Source of the DNA: Octopus vulgaris
Lineage: Eukaryota
Direction: 5' to 3'
Length of the DNA stretch: 64,000 nt
Assembly (NCBI GenBank): GCA_951406725.2
Contig: OX597819.1
Coordinates: forward strand, 88,660,001-88,724,000
In this document: positions 13,530 through 26,600 of the stretch, in pieces
Layout of the letters: the number at the start of each line of letters is the position of its first letter
Numbering within the stretch: the stretch's first letter is position 1
Made by a program: the position numbers and the translations under genes
Notes under the pieces: generated by a model
Database searches by the model: none
Seen by the model: only the letters and a program-made list of their open reading frames with translations
Told to the model about the DNA's origin: nothing

Positions 13530-15361
13530 GAATTTATTGCTTTTTTGTCAGTTGGAAATTTTTTGTAGTCATTACACAGTTAATTAGCTTAATGATTCTG
13601 CGAATAGCATGAATTTCACATCATCTCATTTTTCACAGAAGCTTGAAACTTCCTGAATAAGAATTATAAAAATAATAAGAATTATGAAAAATAAGAATTA
13701 TAAAAAAAATGGTCTACATTTTGGAAGAAAATAGGGGTTTTGCAACATTCACACCTTGTTGCCAAAAGTTACGAATGAACTCACTTCGTTTACATATCTT
13801 TCCCAAGATATGTAAATGAAGAGTGTGCACCTAGTCAGAATTGAAACCTGACTGGAATTTCAACTTGTTGAAAGCTAAACTGCTGCTATGCACATCACTT
13901 CATTTAAGAAATTAATATTAATACTTTCAAATTCTGCTGAGGTCAATTTGGCCTTTCATCCTTTCGGGGTGATAAATTAAGTACCAGTTGCATACTGGGG
14001 TCTATCTAATTGAGTGGTCCCTCCCCCAAAATTACAGGCCTTGTGTCTAGAATAGAAAAGAATATCAATACCTGCATGAAGGTGGTGAGTTGACAGAATT
14101 GTTTCTGTGCTGAAAAGAAGGTGGCGAGCTGGCAGAATCATTAGCGCACCAGGTGAAATGCTTAGTGGTATTTCATCTACCATTACATTCTGAGTTCAAA
14201 TTCTGCCGAGGTCGACTTTGCCTTTCATCCTTTCGGGGTCGATAAATTAAGTACCAGTTATGCACTGGGGTCGATGTAGTCAACTTAATCCCTCTGGAAA
14301 ATAGGTCAGTTTCAAAACATTGGTATTCAGGTCACAAAAGCAAAGTTTGAAGTGAATAGTAGTAATTTCCTTCAATTTCTAGATAGATGCAAATAGGTTA
14401 AAAGACAACAACAAAAAAAAAGAGAAAATTTGTTACATGGTCTACTCTTACATGTTAAGAAGAAAACAAAAGTTTAATTTTATTGTTCCAAAAATCATGT
14501 GCGTGTTATAAATGGCAACATACAGGACATCAAGTTACCATCTGGCTCATATGTTATGTTAAAATATAATACACCTTATATATATTTGCTGTAGCATGTC
14601 TAAGTCTGTATTCTAATTCATCATGAATTTTTTGGTGTTGTTCTTGTTGGTTTAATCCAGTCTGTAATATTAATATTTTAATATGTGGTGCTTGTTGTTT
14701 AGCCCCAGGTCAGCCTGAATCAAGCAGACATTTGATCAAAAGCATTCTAGCCAGTGCCGTGTAACTGGTACTCATGCCGGTGGCACGTAAAAAGCACCCT
14801 TTGAGTGTTGGACGATATGTTGTGCTTGAGAAGATCTGTCAAACCAAGTACAATCGTAGTCATGGCCGATGCCAGTGTTGCATACCTGGCATGGAAAAAG
14901 CACCCATCGAACTTTGGGCCTCACAGAAGCAGTGAAAAGTGATTGAGACCTTTGGCAATATACGTGCTTGCGAAGACCTGTCAAGCCAATATTAGTAAAT
15001 TGAATGAATACAGTCATGTACCTACAATCTTAGGTACCTGTTATACATACATACATGCATGCTTGCAAGTTGATAGCAAACAACGAATCCAAACACAAAA
15101 ACAGCAAAGGGACAGGGGTCAAATGAATATCATTAGTCTGAATTTGGAAAAAAAAGGGAGCTAATCACACTTGTTGGGAATCTAAGGGAGGTAATCATGC
15201 CTGTTGTCCAGACTGTTAACTTATCGGTATTAACACGGGTTTCAGTCATTCTTCGATAAATTTTCACATCTATTTTCACGCAATACCGGACCAAATATCC
15301 GGAAAACTTGTGAGCAGAGGTTGTCAGGATGTGCGGATTCACCAGTTTGCTAGAAACATTC

Positions 15362-15394
<33 letters not shown>

Positions 15395-15514
15395 CTTTTT
15401 AAAATATTTTCGATAAGGTTCGTCTTTTCAAGAAGAACCGAAACATGTAAAATTTCTAAGAAAATTAAAATTTATCTTATATAGTGGCGTTTTCAAACTT
15501 CTTTTTTATAAATA

Positions 15515-15558
<44 letters not shown>

Positions 15559-16004
15559 TGGTATTATTAAATCCATAGTGGGTTGAACCTAGCCAACTGA
15601 AAAGATGGATGTTGCAAGGCAATTATAATAATCACAGAAATATAGGAACTTAACTATAGATCTCAAGTTATTTATCCAGGGATTCAATGCTTTTGAAAAT
15701 TCATCACCTTAATAATCAAAATATATTTATAATGGACTACGTCTCTCAGTATATATATAGAGAGTCTGGTGAAATGAATTGATAGGTCCACATGTAACAT
15801 CCCAAGGCATATCTTTTTTCTCTGACGAAATTATGCTCATGTTACATAAATTCAAATTTTATGTAAAAATTTGTAATTAAAATATTGAGTATTAATTGAA
15901 ACAGCTGTGTAAAGCAAAGACGACCAGTTTGTTAATAATAAATAATTGTTAACTTCCTTATCTCTATTTTCTTTTCTTCTTTTAACTGGACATATATATA
16001 TTTC

Positions 16005-16635
<631 letters not shown>

Positions 16636-16734
16636 CCAGGTGAAAATTTACTTTCTCTGCTAAGGGAATTTTTTCCTAGGTTTCCAGTATCTTTTATCAT
16701 ACATTATTTTCAAATTTTTTATCATATCCGTATG

Positions 16735-17275
16735 AATATATGTAAGCAATTGATCATTCTAAGAATTAATATAATTCAATAAATGTCATCAAATAAAATT
16801 AAATGAAGCAGATTTTAATGTTAATGATGGATTTTTCATTTACTCCATTATCCCAGACAGCTGTTTCTGTCAAAAAGACCATGATATAATTTTTAAAAAT
16901 GCATATTATCATCATATAATGTCTTTTTGTATTCATCAGTGAATTATAAGTAAAAATTAAAAATTAAAACAATAATGTGTTTCATGAGTGTAAAGAACTG
17001 ATATAATGATAAGAAAGAAAAAAACTCAAGGTAGTAAATTCAAAACATCTTATTGTTTAAATTTTTATTTTTACTTATGAGTACAAAAAGATATTATATG
17101 ATAATAATATGCATTTTTTTTTAATTATATCATGTCTTTTTGCCAGAAGCAGTTGTCCGGGATAATTAAATAAATGAAAAATCCCCCATTAACATCAAAA
17201 TCTGCTTTATTTCATTCTATTTGATATTTATTGAACTCCATTTAATGAATTAATTCTTATAATGATCATTTGCCT
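16735..17275. repeat. Foldback element with a hammerhead-like motif in each arm
   Basis: 16735-16950 is an imperfect reverse complement of 17050-17275; the minus strand reads CTGATGA(16939-16933)...GAAACAGCTGTC. Confidence 0.7.
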
Positions 17276-17284
17276 ATATATATA

Positions 17285-17872
17285 TTATCTGAAGAGTGCA
17301 GTATTATATATCAATTACGGCCGATCTTACTAATCAGTTTTGTGCTAGATTCAATGAAATGTTAAGTAAGAATCTGATTATGTAACCCTGTACTCATCAG
17401 AGGTAGCTGATATGGGATGAAATATGGTGACTGCTCTCGATTGTTGGAGGTGAATAGACACATCTGGTTTGCGATTGCTGTAGAAAAGATGATGAAACTG
17501 AGTAGGGGATTGAGTTAAGAGTTATGGCCCTTGGTACTAAAACCTTGCCTCCTGGGTGGTTATTTAGTAACTTGGTAAGAGTTTTCTGGAAAAGTATATC
17601 TCCTTAAGATTGATGTTCTTGTGGACATGGAATTTATGTAGTGGTACTATATGTGTAACTTTTCCACAGCAACTGCAAACCGGATGCGTCTATTCATCTC
17701 CAACAATAGAGAACAGTCACCGTATATCATCCCACATCAGCTACCTCTGATGAGTACAGGGTTACATAATCAGATTGTTACCTAGCACTCCATTGAATCC
17801 TGAACATGAAACCGATGGGTAAGATCGGCTGTAATGGATATATGATAGTGTACACTTCGGATAATATACGAA
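17285..17872. repeat. Foldback element (about 200-bp arms); shorter relative at 4690-4895
   Basis: CTGATTATGTAACCCTGTACTCATCAGAGGTAGCTGAT recurs inverted at about 17735-17773. Confidence 0.75.
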
Positions 17873-19463
17873 TACATTCTTTCCCGACTTATGGACTCTT
17901 AGACAACTTACACACACACACACACATATATACTGTTGTTTGTCATACTTTTGAAAATGTTAAAATCAAGTGAAAATTCTCAAATTAAGTATATTGATGC
18001 AGTTTTTCATTTTGAATCTGATTTTATTATTCACTTGTTCCAGAAATATTTTAGTAAAATGTTACAATAAAAAAATAAATGCACCCTTTTAAAACCTCCC
18101 CCTCCTCCCTACTTTTCCAGGAACCGGTGGCTTGCAGCAGGTTTGGAAGTCAGATACATTGAATGCACTAAAAAAATTCCAGGGAAAAAAATTATTTCAC
18201 ACAGAGGTATGGAAGGGTCCTTTACAAAATAATTTACCATAAAATTTTAAGTTTTGTGACAACATAGTGACTCGATACATTCTAATGAAAAAGTGAGAGA
18301 AAGAGATAATACCACCCTCTGTCTTTGGAAGAGAAATAAATTTTGGAGCAAGTGGAATTGAACACAGATCCACGTGGACTTGTAAAGTGAACTTCTTAAT
18401 CATACAGCCATGCCTGCAAGTATTGATATTAGTTCCAAATTTTAGCACCAGGCCAGCAATGTGAGAGGAGGATTTAAGTCGATTATGCCAACATCAGTAC
18501 TTAACTGATACCTATTTCATTGAGACCAAAAGGATGAAAGATAAGCTCAATGCCACCACCATTTTTACCTGACTTGAAAATTTGATGGTTGGTTAGAGGA
18601 AGGGCATCCAACTGTAAAAAAAATCCATCTCAGCAATAATCCATGTGATCCATGTGAGCATGGAAGAGTGGACGTTAAAACAATACTGATCTCATTATTG
18701 GTGTACAATAGCATCGTTAGCATTGAAGACACTTGGCCAAAGTGCCAAGCAATGGAACTGAACACAAACTCACATGGGCGTGTAAAGTGAACTTCTTAAC
18801 CATACAGACATACCTGCAAGTATTGATATTGGTTTCAACTTTTTGGCACAAGACCAGCAGTGTCAGGGGAAGGGCTAAGTCACTTATACCAAATACAGCG
18901 CTCAACTGATACTTATTTCATCAACCCTAAAAGGATGAAAGTCAAAGACAACCTCAGTGGAATCCTGCAAGTATTAATACTAACCTATATGAAGAATAGT
19001 GCACAACAGTAAATTAGCTTTCAACAAGTTGAAATTCCAGTCAGGTTTCAATTCTGAGTTGGTGCAAATGCTTCGTTTATATACTTTGATAAAGATATGT
19101 GAATGAAGTGAGTTCATTCATAACTTTTGACAACAAGGTGTGAATGTTACAAAATCCCTTTTTTAAAAACAGACCTTTGTGATTTCTTATTTAGAACGTC
19201 TTAGCTTTGATGAAAAATGAGATGATGCAAAAGTCATGCCATTCTCAAAATCATTAAGCTAATTAACTATGTAATAGTTACAGAAAATATTTATTGACTT
19301 CAAAACAATATAAATTACAAGCAAATATGATATATTTTCAAAAATTTACATACAAAATCATTCAAGTTATAAACTCCAAAGTTGAAAAATATCAATTATC
19401 TAACACCATAAATTTATTTTCCTTTTCCTTCTTTTCATTTTGTTCTCTATTATTTTGAGTACC

Positions 19464-22400
19464 TTAAGATAGAGCAACTTCATTCTTGCTGCCAACAGAA
19501 ATATCTATTCCTCCAGAAACATTCATATCCATACCAGTACAATATGTGCCATCAGCTGCTAGATAAAGACATGCTGTTCCAATATTGGAAGGAGTTCCCA
19601 TACAACCCATAACCTGCAAACAAAAAACAGAAACATTTAATTAATGGAAGTTGTTCTTAAACTATAATTATTAGTTGTTTGTAAGTGAATAGAGGACTTC
19701 TGCATAAAGGAGTGCCACACTCTAACTATGAAGGGTACCTGTGGAAGGGGTAAGTAAACCCAGGGAGACATGGGATGAAGTACCAAGAAAGGATCTTTGG
19801 ATGCTGGGCCTCACTGAGGAAATGACAAGGGACTGGGAGATGTGGGGATTTGCTGTACTTGATAAGACATGTCAAGCTATGTAAAATCGCTGTCTGCCAC
19901 ACATACAGGTTTGTTCTTTTAGGTGCCAGTGTCACTTAAAAAGCACCCATGCTGAGTGCTGCATAAGCACACCCTTGCTGGTGGCATGTAAAAAGGACCC
20001 AGCATACTCTATTGAGTGACTGGTGTTAGGAAGGGCAGCCAGACATAGAAACCATGCCACAACAGACAATTGGAGTCTGGACAGCTCTTTGCTTGCCAGC
20101 TCCATGTTAAACCATCCAACCCATGCCAGCATGGAAAGCAGATGGTAAATGATGATGATGATGATGATGATGTTGATGATTTAACATTCCAACTGCAAAG
20201 AAACAGAAAGGACAGCCCAGAGTTCAGAACAGTGGTAAAAAGTCATTGAAGGTTTATGCTATTACTGGACATGTAATGTCTGTATGCACAAATGACAGCA
20301 TTTAAATAAGCTAGTTGAGTACAATAGGAATCAAATGCAGAGTAGAATCTTTTTGGTTGCTGTCACAGATTTCCTTATTTTTTCAATTTTTTTCCAATTA
20401 TTTTCAAATATGTTTATACCAATTTAATTTCATATGCTTATTATGACAATGAAATAAATTTTGGCTATAAATTAATAAATAAAAAGTTTATAGCTTTTAA
20501 AGTTTGCAAATTTTGGGTAATTTTAGCCCATCAAAAACCACCATAATACACATGAGCATAAATCTCACACTGGTGTCTGTTTCCATAGTAACAAGCAGAA
20601 CCATAGTCTACCTTGTTTGCTTGTATATTTTCCAACCTTAATTCTTTGTACATCATTTTCATAATTTGATCTGGTTTCCTGGACATTTTCCAACAACATC
20701 ACAATTCTACATCTAAATACAGTATTACCACTGCAAAATCATGTAACCTTTCTTGTTGATAGAGAAAATACAGACCAAGAGGATGCAGATTGATTCTTAC
20801 TTTGGAGACAAGGGTGTTGTAGCTAAAAACAAGTTGTGTAAAGAAAGACATTATATGAAGAAGCTTGAATATTTCACAAGACATTATTCGTTAAAGCTCA
20901 TTAAAACCTTCATAACATTTTGCTCTCATTTTGTTGCTGCTGTCAATCATTTTGACACAGACAGCTATCATGCAGAAAATACCAGCTTCTGATTCATGCT
21001 TTTTGATTGGCTAAAAATGATCAAACTTTGAACTTCTGTAAGATTTTTCTAAAGTTTTTTCTCAGGAATAAATGAATCTCAAATTTGGATTCAGCATGAA
21101 AAATTACATCAATATATCAAATTTGGAAATCTGTGACAGCAAGCAAAAAAATTTGCAGGGTACAAGAAAGAAGGCACTAGTACAGGCATGTGATACATAT
21201 AGATGATGACGGATATATGAAGAAAAGTTTAGTGAGTGTGGTCACTAATTTATAGTATGAAAGTTTTCATAGAAAAGTCCTGTGAGTGAGCTTTTGAGAC
21301 GCTGTGTAATGGAATATCAGAAGGCAATTTTTAAACAAATAATGTAATTTATTAAATTATCTCAAGAGCTAACAAGTAATAAGAGCATAGCCTGGGTGTG
21401 TGTACATCAGTCAGGGAAAGCATTTCTACTTACGTTTGAAAAATAGATTCATTTGGAAGTTGCTATAAGCTAACAGAAATGGAGTTAGTACTGAAAAGTT
21501 CCTGGCTTTAAGTTTTCGTGAAAGGCCTGGTTGGAGACCCAACCTTCTGAGTTCTTTTACAAGGCTTAGAAAAACTGAAGGACTGCTGCAATAAGTGTGT
21601 GAATCTGGGAAGGGAAATATGTTGAATAAAATCACAATTAACTGATCCGATTATGTTTTTTTATCCAAAGCCAGGAACTTTTCCTCACACCCTTACACAT
21701 ATTTACTCTAGAAGCAGCTGTAGGTTTTGTCTCCAAACTATTACATTCAGTGAACTGGATCATTAAGATACTAGAAAAAGTCTTGCATGTAGCTACTTTA
21801 GAGTAACTTTTTTTCTTTTTGTGTATGAGATAACAAGACCAGAGTAGTGGGCTGATGTCAATAAGAATTTCGTGGAGCAAAGGGCATAAGTGAAATAGGC
21901 TGTTCATGATGTAGCAAGTTGTGAATGGCTAAAAATTTAGAGCTAGAGGTGTGAAGTTGGAGTGAAAAACAGGGAGGCTGTTCCCATGCTGTGACAGGCT
22001 AGGAGCTGATACAATCCAGAGCTAGCAGCGTGAGGCTGGTGTGAAAAACAAAGAGGCTGTTCCAAGAGAAATGTTGCTTGCCTGCTGTCTATCTGATAAT
22101 TGATTAAAAATTCCCACTTCATGGATAGAAAACTACCTTTGGTATTCATATATGCCCAGTCCTGATTGGCTGGAGAATGCCATAGTACAACTGTGATATG
22201 ATGTGACCTTTAAAATAGCTTTCTTGACTTGCTACAAAAGTATTCAAAGTTGAAATCTGTGGAAATGGAGACACAGGAAGACAACTCAGGATGCTGATCC
22301 TCATAGAGGAGATAACTAAGAACTGAGATAATTGGCAACAAGCAGTGCTAGAGAATAGTTACACACTTGTGCAAACATCATTAAATCGATGTCAGAAATG

Positions 22401-23628
22401 GTGGTAATAACAGACACTAGGGGGCATAATATATGTATTTATATACATGTGTGTCTATGTATATATGTAGGTTATACACACTAACATCAGGGTCCCTCAC
22501 ATAATGTGTCCTTGTCAATATAGTTTCCATAAATATAAAGATATCTTTTGTTTATTTATTTTAATTCTGTCTATTTTACAGTTATGAAACATCAATAAAG
22601 TATTCAGGTGAGGGTTATAGCTTTACCTTTTGTACAAACAAACCACACACAAAAGAGAATGGAGTAACAGGTATCCCATGGTTAAACATATCAACTGCAG
22701 TACATATTTTTAAAGTTGCAGAGATGTAAATAAACCAGTACCTATAGTCAGAAGGTATTGGTCAGCTATGGGGTGTAGTAGAAGACACTTGCCCATAGTG
22801 CCATGCAGTGGGACTAAACCTGGAACCACATAGTTGCAAAGCAAGCTTTACTATCATCATCACGGTTTTTCCACTGCTTTTTGGACTCATCTATAATGTT
22901 CACAGTTGCTCAGTGCTGGTTGGGCTCATGCTTCCTCCACTCAGGAATTCTTGACTTGCTCACCTTTTTAATTTCATCACTTACTGTTGCATCCATATGC
23001 CAGGAGGTCTCATATTAACTACTACATGCAGTTCTTCCTTCCCATGCATCATCTTTTTGGACCTTCCTCCTTGCTCTCTTTTTTTCTGCAGGTGCTGACT
23101 TGCAACAAAGTCCAAGGACGTTAACGGCACCAATCTAATCAGATATACTACAGCTGGGTACTCTTCCTGTCACTAACCCTCACCTATTTCCAAGCAGGGT
23201 GATATCATCCCATGGTCAGACATGTTCTCACACAACATTGGAAATGCATAATACAGCTAGTATGTCATTGAAAATCATTTATTAATGACTTGTCAGGATG
23301 TGGTATTTTGTTATGCCACCATAATATACTGTAAATTATGTTAATCGTTTTTTTGTAAGCCAATACTGTGTTCTACAGTGTGAGCAGCATTTATAACTAT
23401 CATGTAATGTCAACAAGATACAAACATACACGCATACTCTTTTGCTCTTTTACTTGTTACAGTCATTTGACTGTGGCCATGCTGGAGCACTGCCTTTAGT
23501 CGAGCAAATCGACCCCAGGACTTATTCTTTGTAAGCCTAGTACTTATTTTATCAGTCTCTTCTGATGAACCGCTAAGTTACGGAGACGTAAACACACCAG
23601 CATCGGTTGTCAGGCAATGTTGGGGGGA

Positions 23629-23666
<38 letters not shown>

Positions 23667-26600
23667 CGACAGACTTCTTTCAGTTTCTGTCTACCAAATC
23701 TACTTACAAGGCTTTGGTCAGCCTGAGGTTATAGTAGAAGACACTTGCCCAAGGTGCCACGCAGTGGGAATAAACCCGGAACCATGTAGTTGGTAAGCAA
23801 GCTACTTACCACACAGCTATTTCTGCACCTATGCTATAGTTGAAGACACTTGCTCAAAGACACATTATATGAAGAAGCTTGAATATTTCAGTGGGACTGA
23901 AACTGGAGCCATGTGGTTGGTAGGCAAGCTACTTACCACACAGCCACTCCTGCGCTTACATGCATGATGAGCTTCTTTCAGTTTCTGTTTGCCAAATCCA
24001 TTCACAAGGCTTTAGTTGGTCTGGGAATGTAAGAGAAAACACTTCCCCAAGGTACAACATGGTAAGGCTGAACTCTAAATCATGGGATTGGGAAAGATGC
24101 TTCATAACCTCATAACCAAGCATATTTGTGAAATATTTCTCACCTGGTAAGACACTCCTTCATTGTAAAATTTTTCTGGATTCTCTGCATTGTTCATTAC
24201 TTCTTCCCACATAGGTGTCCATATTGCTCCAGGAGAAACTCTAAAAAGCCAAAATATTTTTTTAATTAAATATTTTCCTAAGTCATTGTTAGCCACATCT
24301 CTGATCATTATTGTACAACAACCAGCATTAACTTTGCAATTTGTCCAAGAAAGAAGCAGTTTCACACTCACACAGGCAAGAGTTTGAATCCATTACAAAC
24401 TGTTATCTTCTCCCTACTCCTAACATCAATGAACTATTGTATATCTTGTCATGTGGACCTACTTTAACCTTATAGTACCATTGGGCCATTCCACTTGTAG
24501 GTTGTTTTTGTGAAAGACAGAAGGAAGGGTTACTTAGCTTATTCTTGTTTCAGTCATTCAGTGTGGCTCTTTTGGGGAACCACCTTGAAGGGTTTTAGTC
24601 AAATGAATCAATCCCAGTACCTAATTTTAAAGCCTAATATTTATTCTATCAGTCTCTTACACTGAACTGCTATGTTATGGGGATGTAAACAAACCAACAT
24701 CAGTTGTCAAGCAGTAGTAGGGGACAAACACAAAGGCTCACACACACATAGATACATGCATATATTTATATATACGATAGGCTTCTTCCAGTTTCTGTCT
24801 ATCAAATCCTCTCACAAGGTTTTTGTCAGCCTCTAAGTATAATAAAAGATACTTGTACAAGGTGCTATGTTGTGGGACAGAAACAGGAACCATGTGATTG
24901 AGAAGCCAACTTCTTATTACACTCACATGTACATACCTATGTGTGTGTGTGTGTGTGTGTAAATATTTAAATTATCTTTTTATATATCTTTACAATACTT
25001 CAATAACATCCTTAGTTTTATTTTATCTCAAATGAAAATATTTACGTGGCAATGCTGAAAAGTTCCTGGCTTTAAGTTTTTGTGAAAGGCTTGGTTGGAG
25101 ACCCAACCTTCTGAGTTCTTTTACAAGGCTCTGAAAAACTGAAGGTTTGCTGCAATAAGCATGTGAATCAGAGGGGAATATGTTTAATAAAATCACAATT
25201 AACTGATCCTCTTGTATTTTTTTATCCAAAGCCAGGAACTTCTCAGCACAGCTTCACACATTGCTCTAGAAGCAACTGTAGGTTTTGTCTCTAAAGTATT
25301 ACTTTCAGTGAACTTGCGTGTAGCTACTTAAGAGTAATTTTTTTCTTTTTGTGTATGAGATAAGTGGTCTTTATATTCACTACCATTATTAGAAGGTATG
25401 GGTACTGGATTCTTATTTTAGTTTTCAGGAAATTCAACATTCTTCAAATGTATCGCTGAATTTCAGATAATTGTAAATAGTTGATATAAAGTTTGTACAA
25501 TTGAATTAGTTATTCTGTAACTTAGGTCATCAGGGACATCTTAACTGCATTATGGGTCTGCAAGCAAAGTAATGCACTCTGGTCATTATAGTTATTGACA
25601 ACAAACCTCAATATAAAGTAGCATTAGACCCCAGTGTCATGGGGGCTCCTGGATAACTACCCTGCTTGTCCATAACTTAAGACAGCACTGCAAGTCAGTT
25701 TTTATTGAACAAATTTACGGTATGCACATAAACAGTCAAATGACATAGTGTGATCTGCTTTTCCTGTTGTATCATACCTCTGTCAGGCTGAGGACCATAC
25801 AGCATATTCTGACATGCAGTAGTTAATTACACATGATGCATTGCTATGGTCTGCTACTGAACATAATTTAGGTATGTTTGTCAATAACAATCTGTTAGAT
25901 AAACGACATTTCCAAAATAATCAAAAAGGCTGAAGATATCATAGCATCACTCAGTAAGACTTTTGTCAGCTGCTCATTTGCTATTTATTTAAAGCTGTAA
26001 ATGGTTTGAGTACACCCGCACGTATAGTTTGCATCACTTGTCCATAATCCACATTTTGTCCAGAATATCATTCTACTAGAAGCTGTCCAGAGATGTACAA
26101 TCAGACCAATACCCTCTGTCAGTCCCTTACCACATCTTTTTCTCTGAGTATTGATACACGAAAGTTTCAACATCTTGCAAGTGACTTTGTAGAAGTTCAC
26201 CATCTTTAGCCAATTTTTTTTACTTCACTACCTCTACTACCCATAGACAAGCTTATAAAACTAAAAAGCAGAGTAGCACTCGTGGCTTCTAGAAACAGTT
26301 TTTCTTGTTCAGAATTATTAAAGCATGGAATAATGTACTCATATTAGCTGTCATGACAGAGCATCTCTAAAGAATTCCAAGATTCCTTAAATTTGCCAAC
26401 AATACTCCTAATATGCTTATACACTGTTTATGACACTTTTGCTGCTTGATTTTCTGTACTTCTTATAGGTTTTTATCCTCTTTACTATGAATGCACTTTT
26501 GGTTCTCATTACTGCCTTTCTTACTAGATTTATTGCTGCTTTTTGTCCCTTCTTCTAACATTTTTTGATGAGCTGTAGAACACCTGAGCACCGTATAAAT

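Noticed and set aside
20699-20992. ORFs shared between 20.7-21.0 kb and 55.4-55.8 kb
   Set aside because: Similarity is explained by the segmental duplication of a non-autonomous TIR element; no recognisable protein domain.
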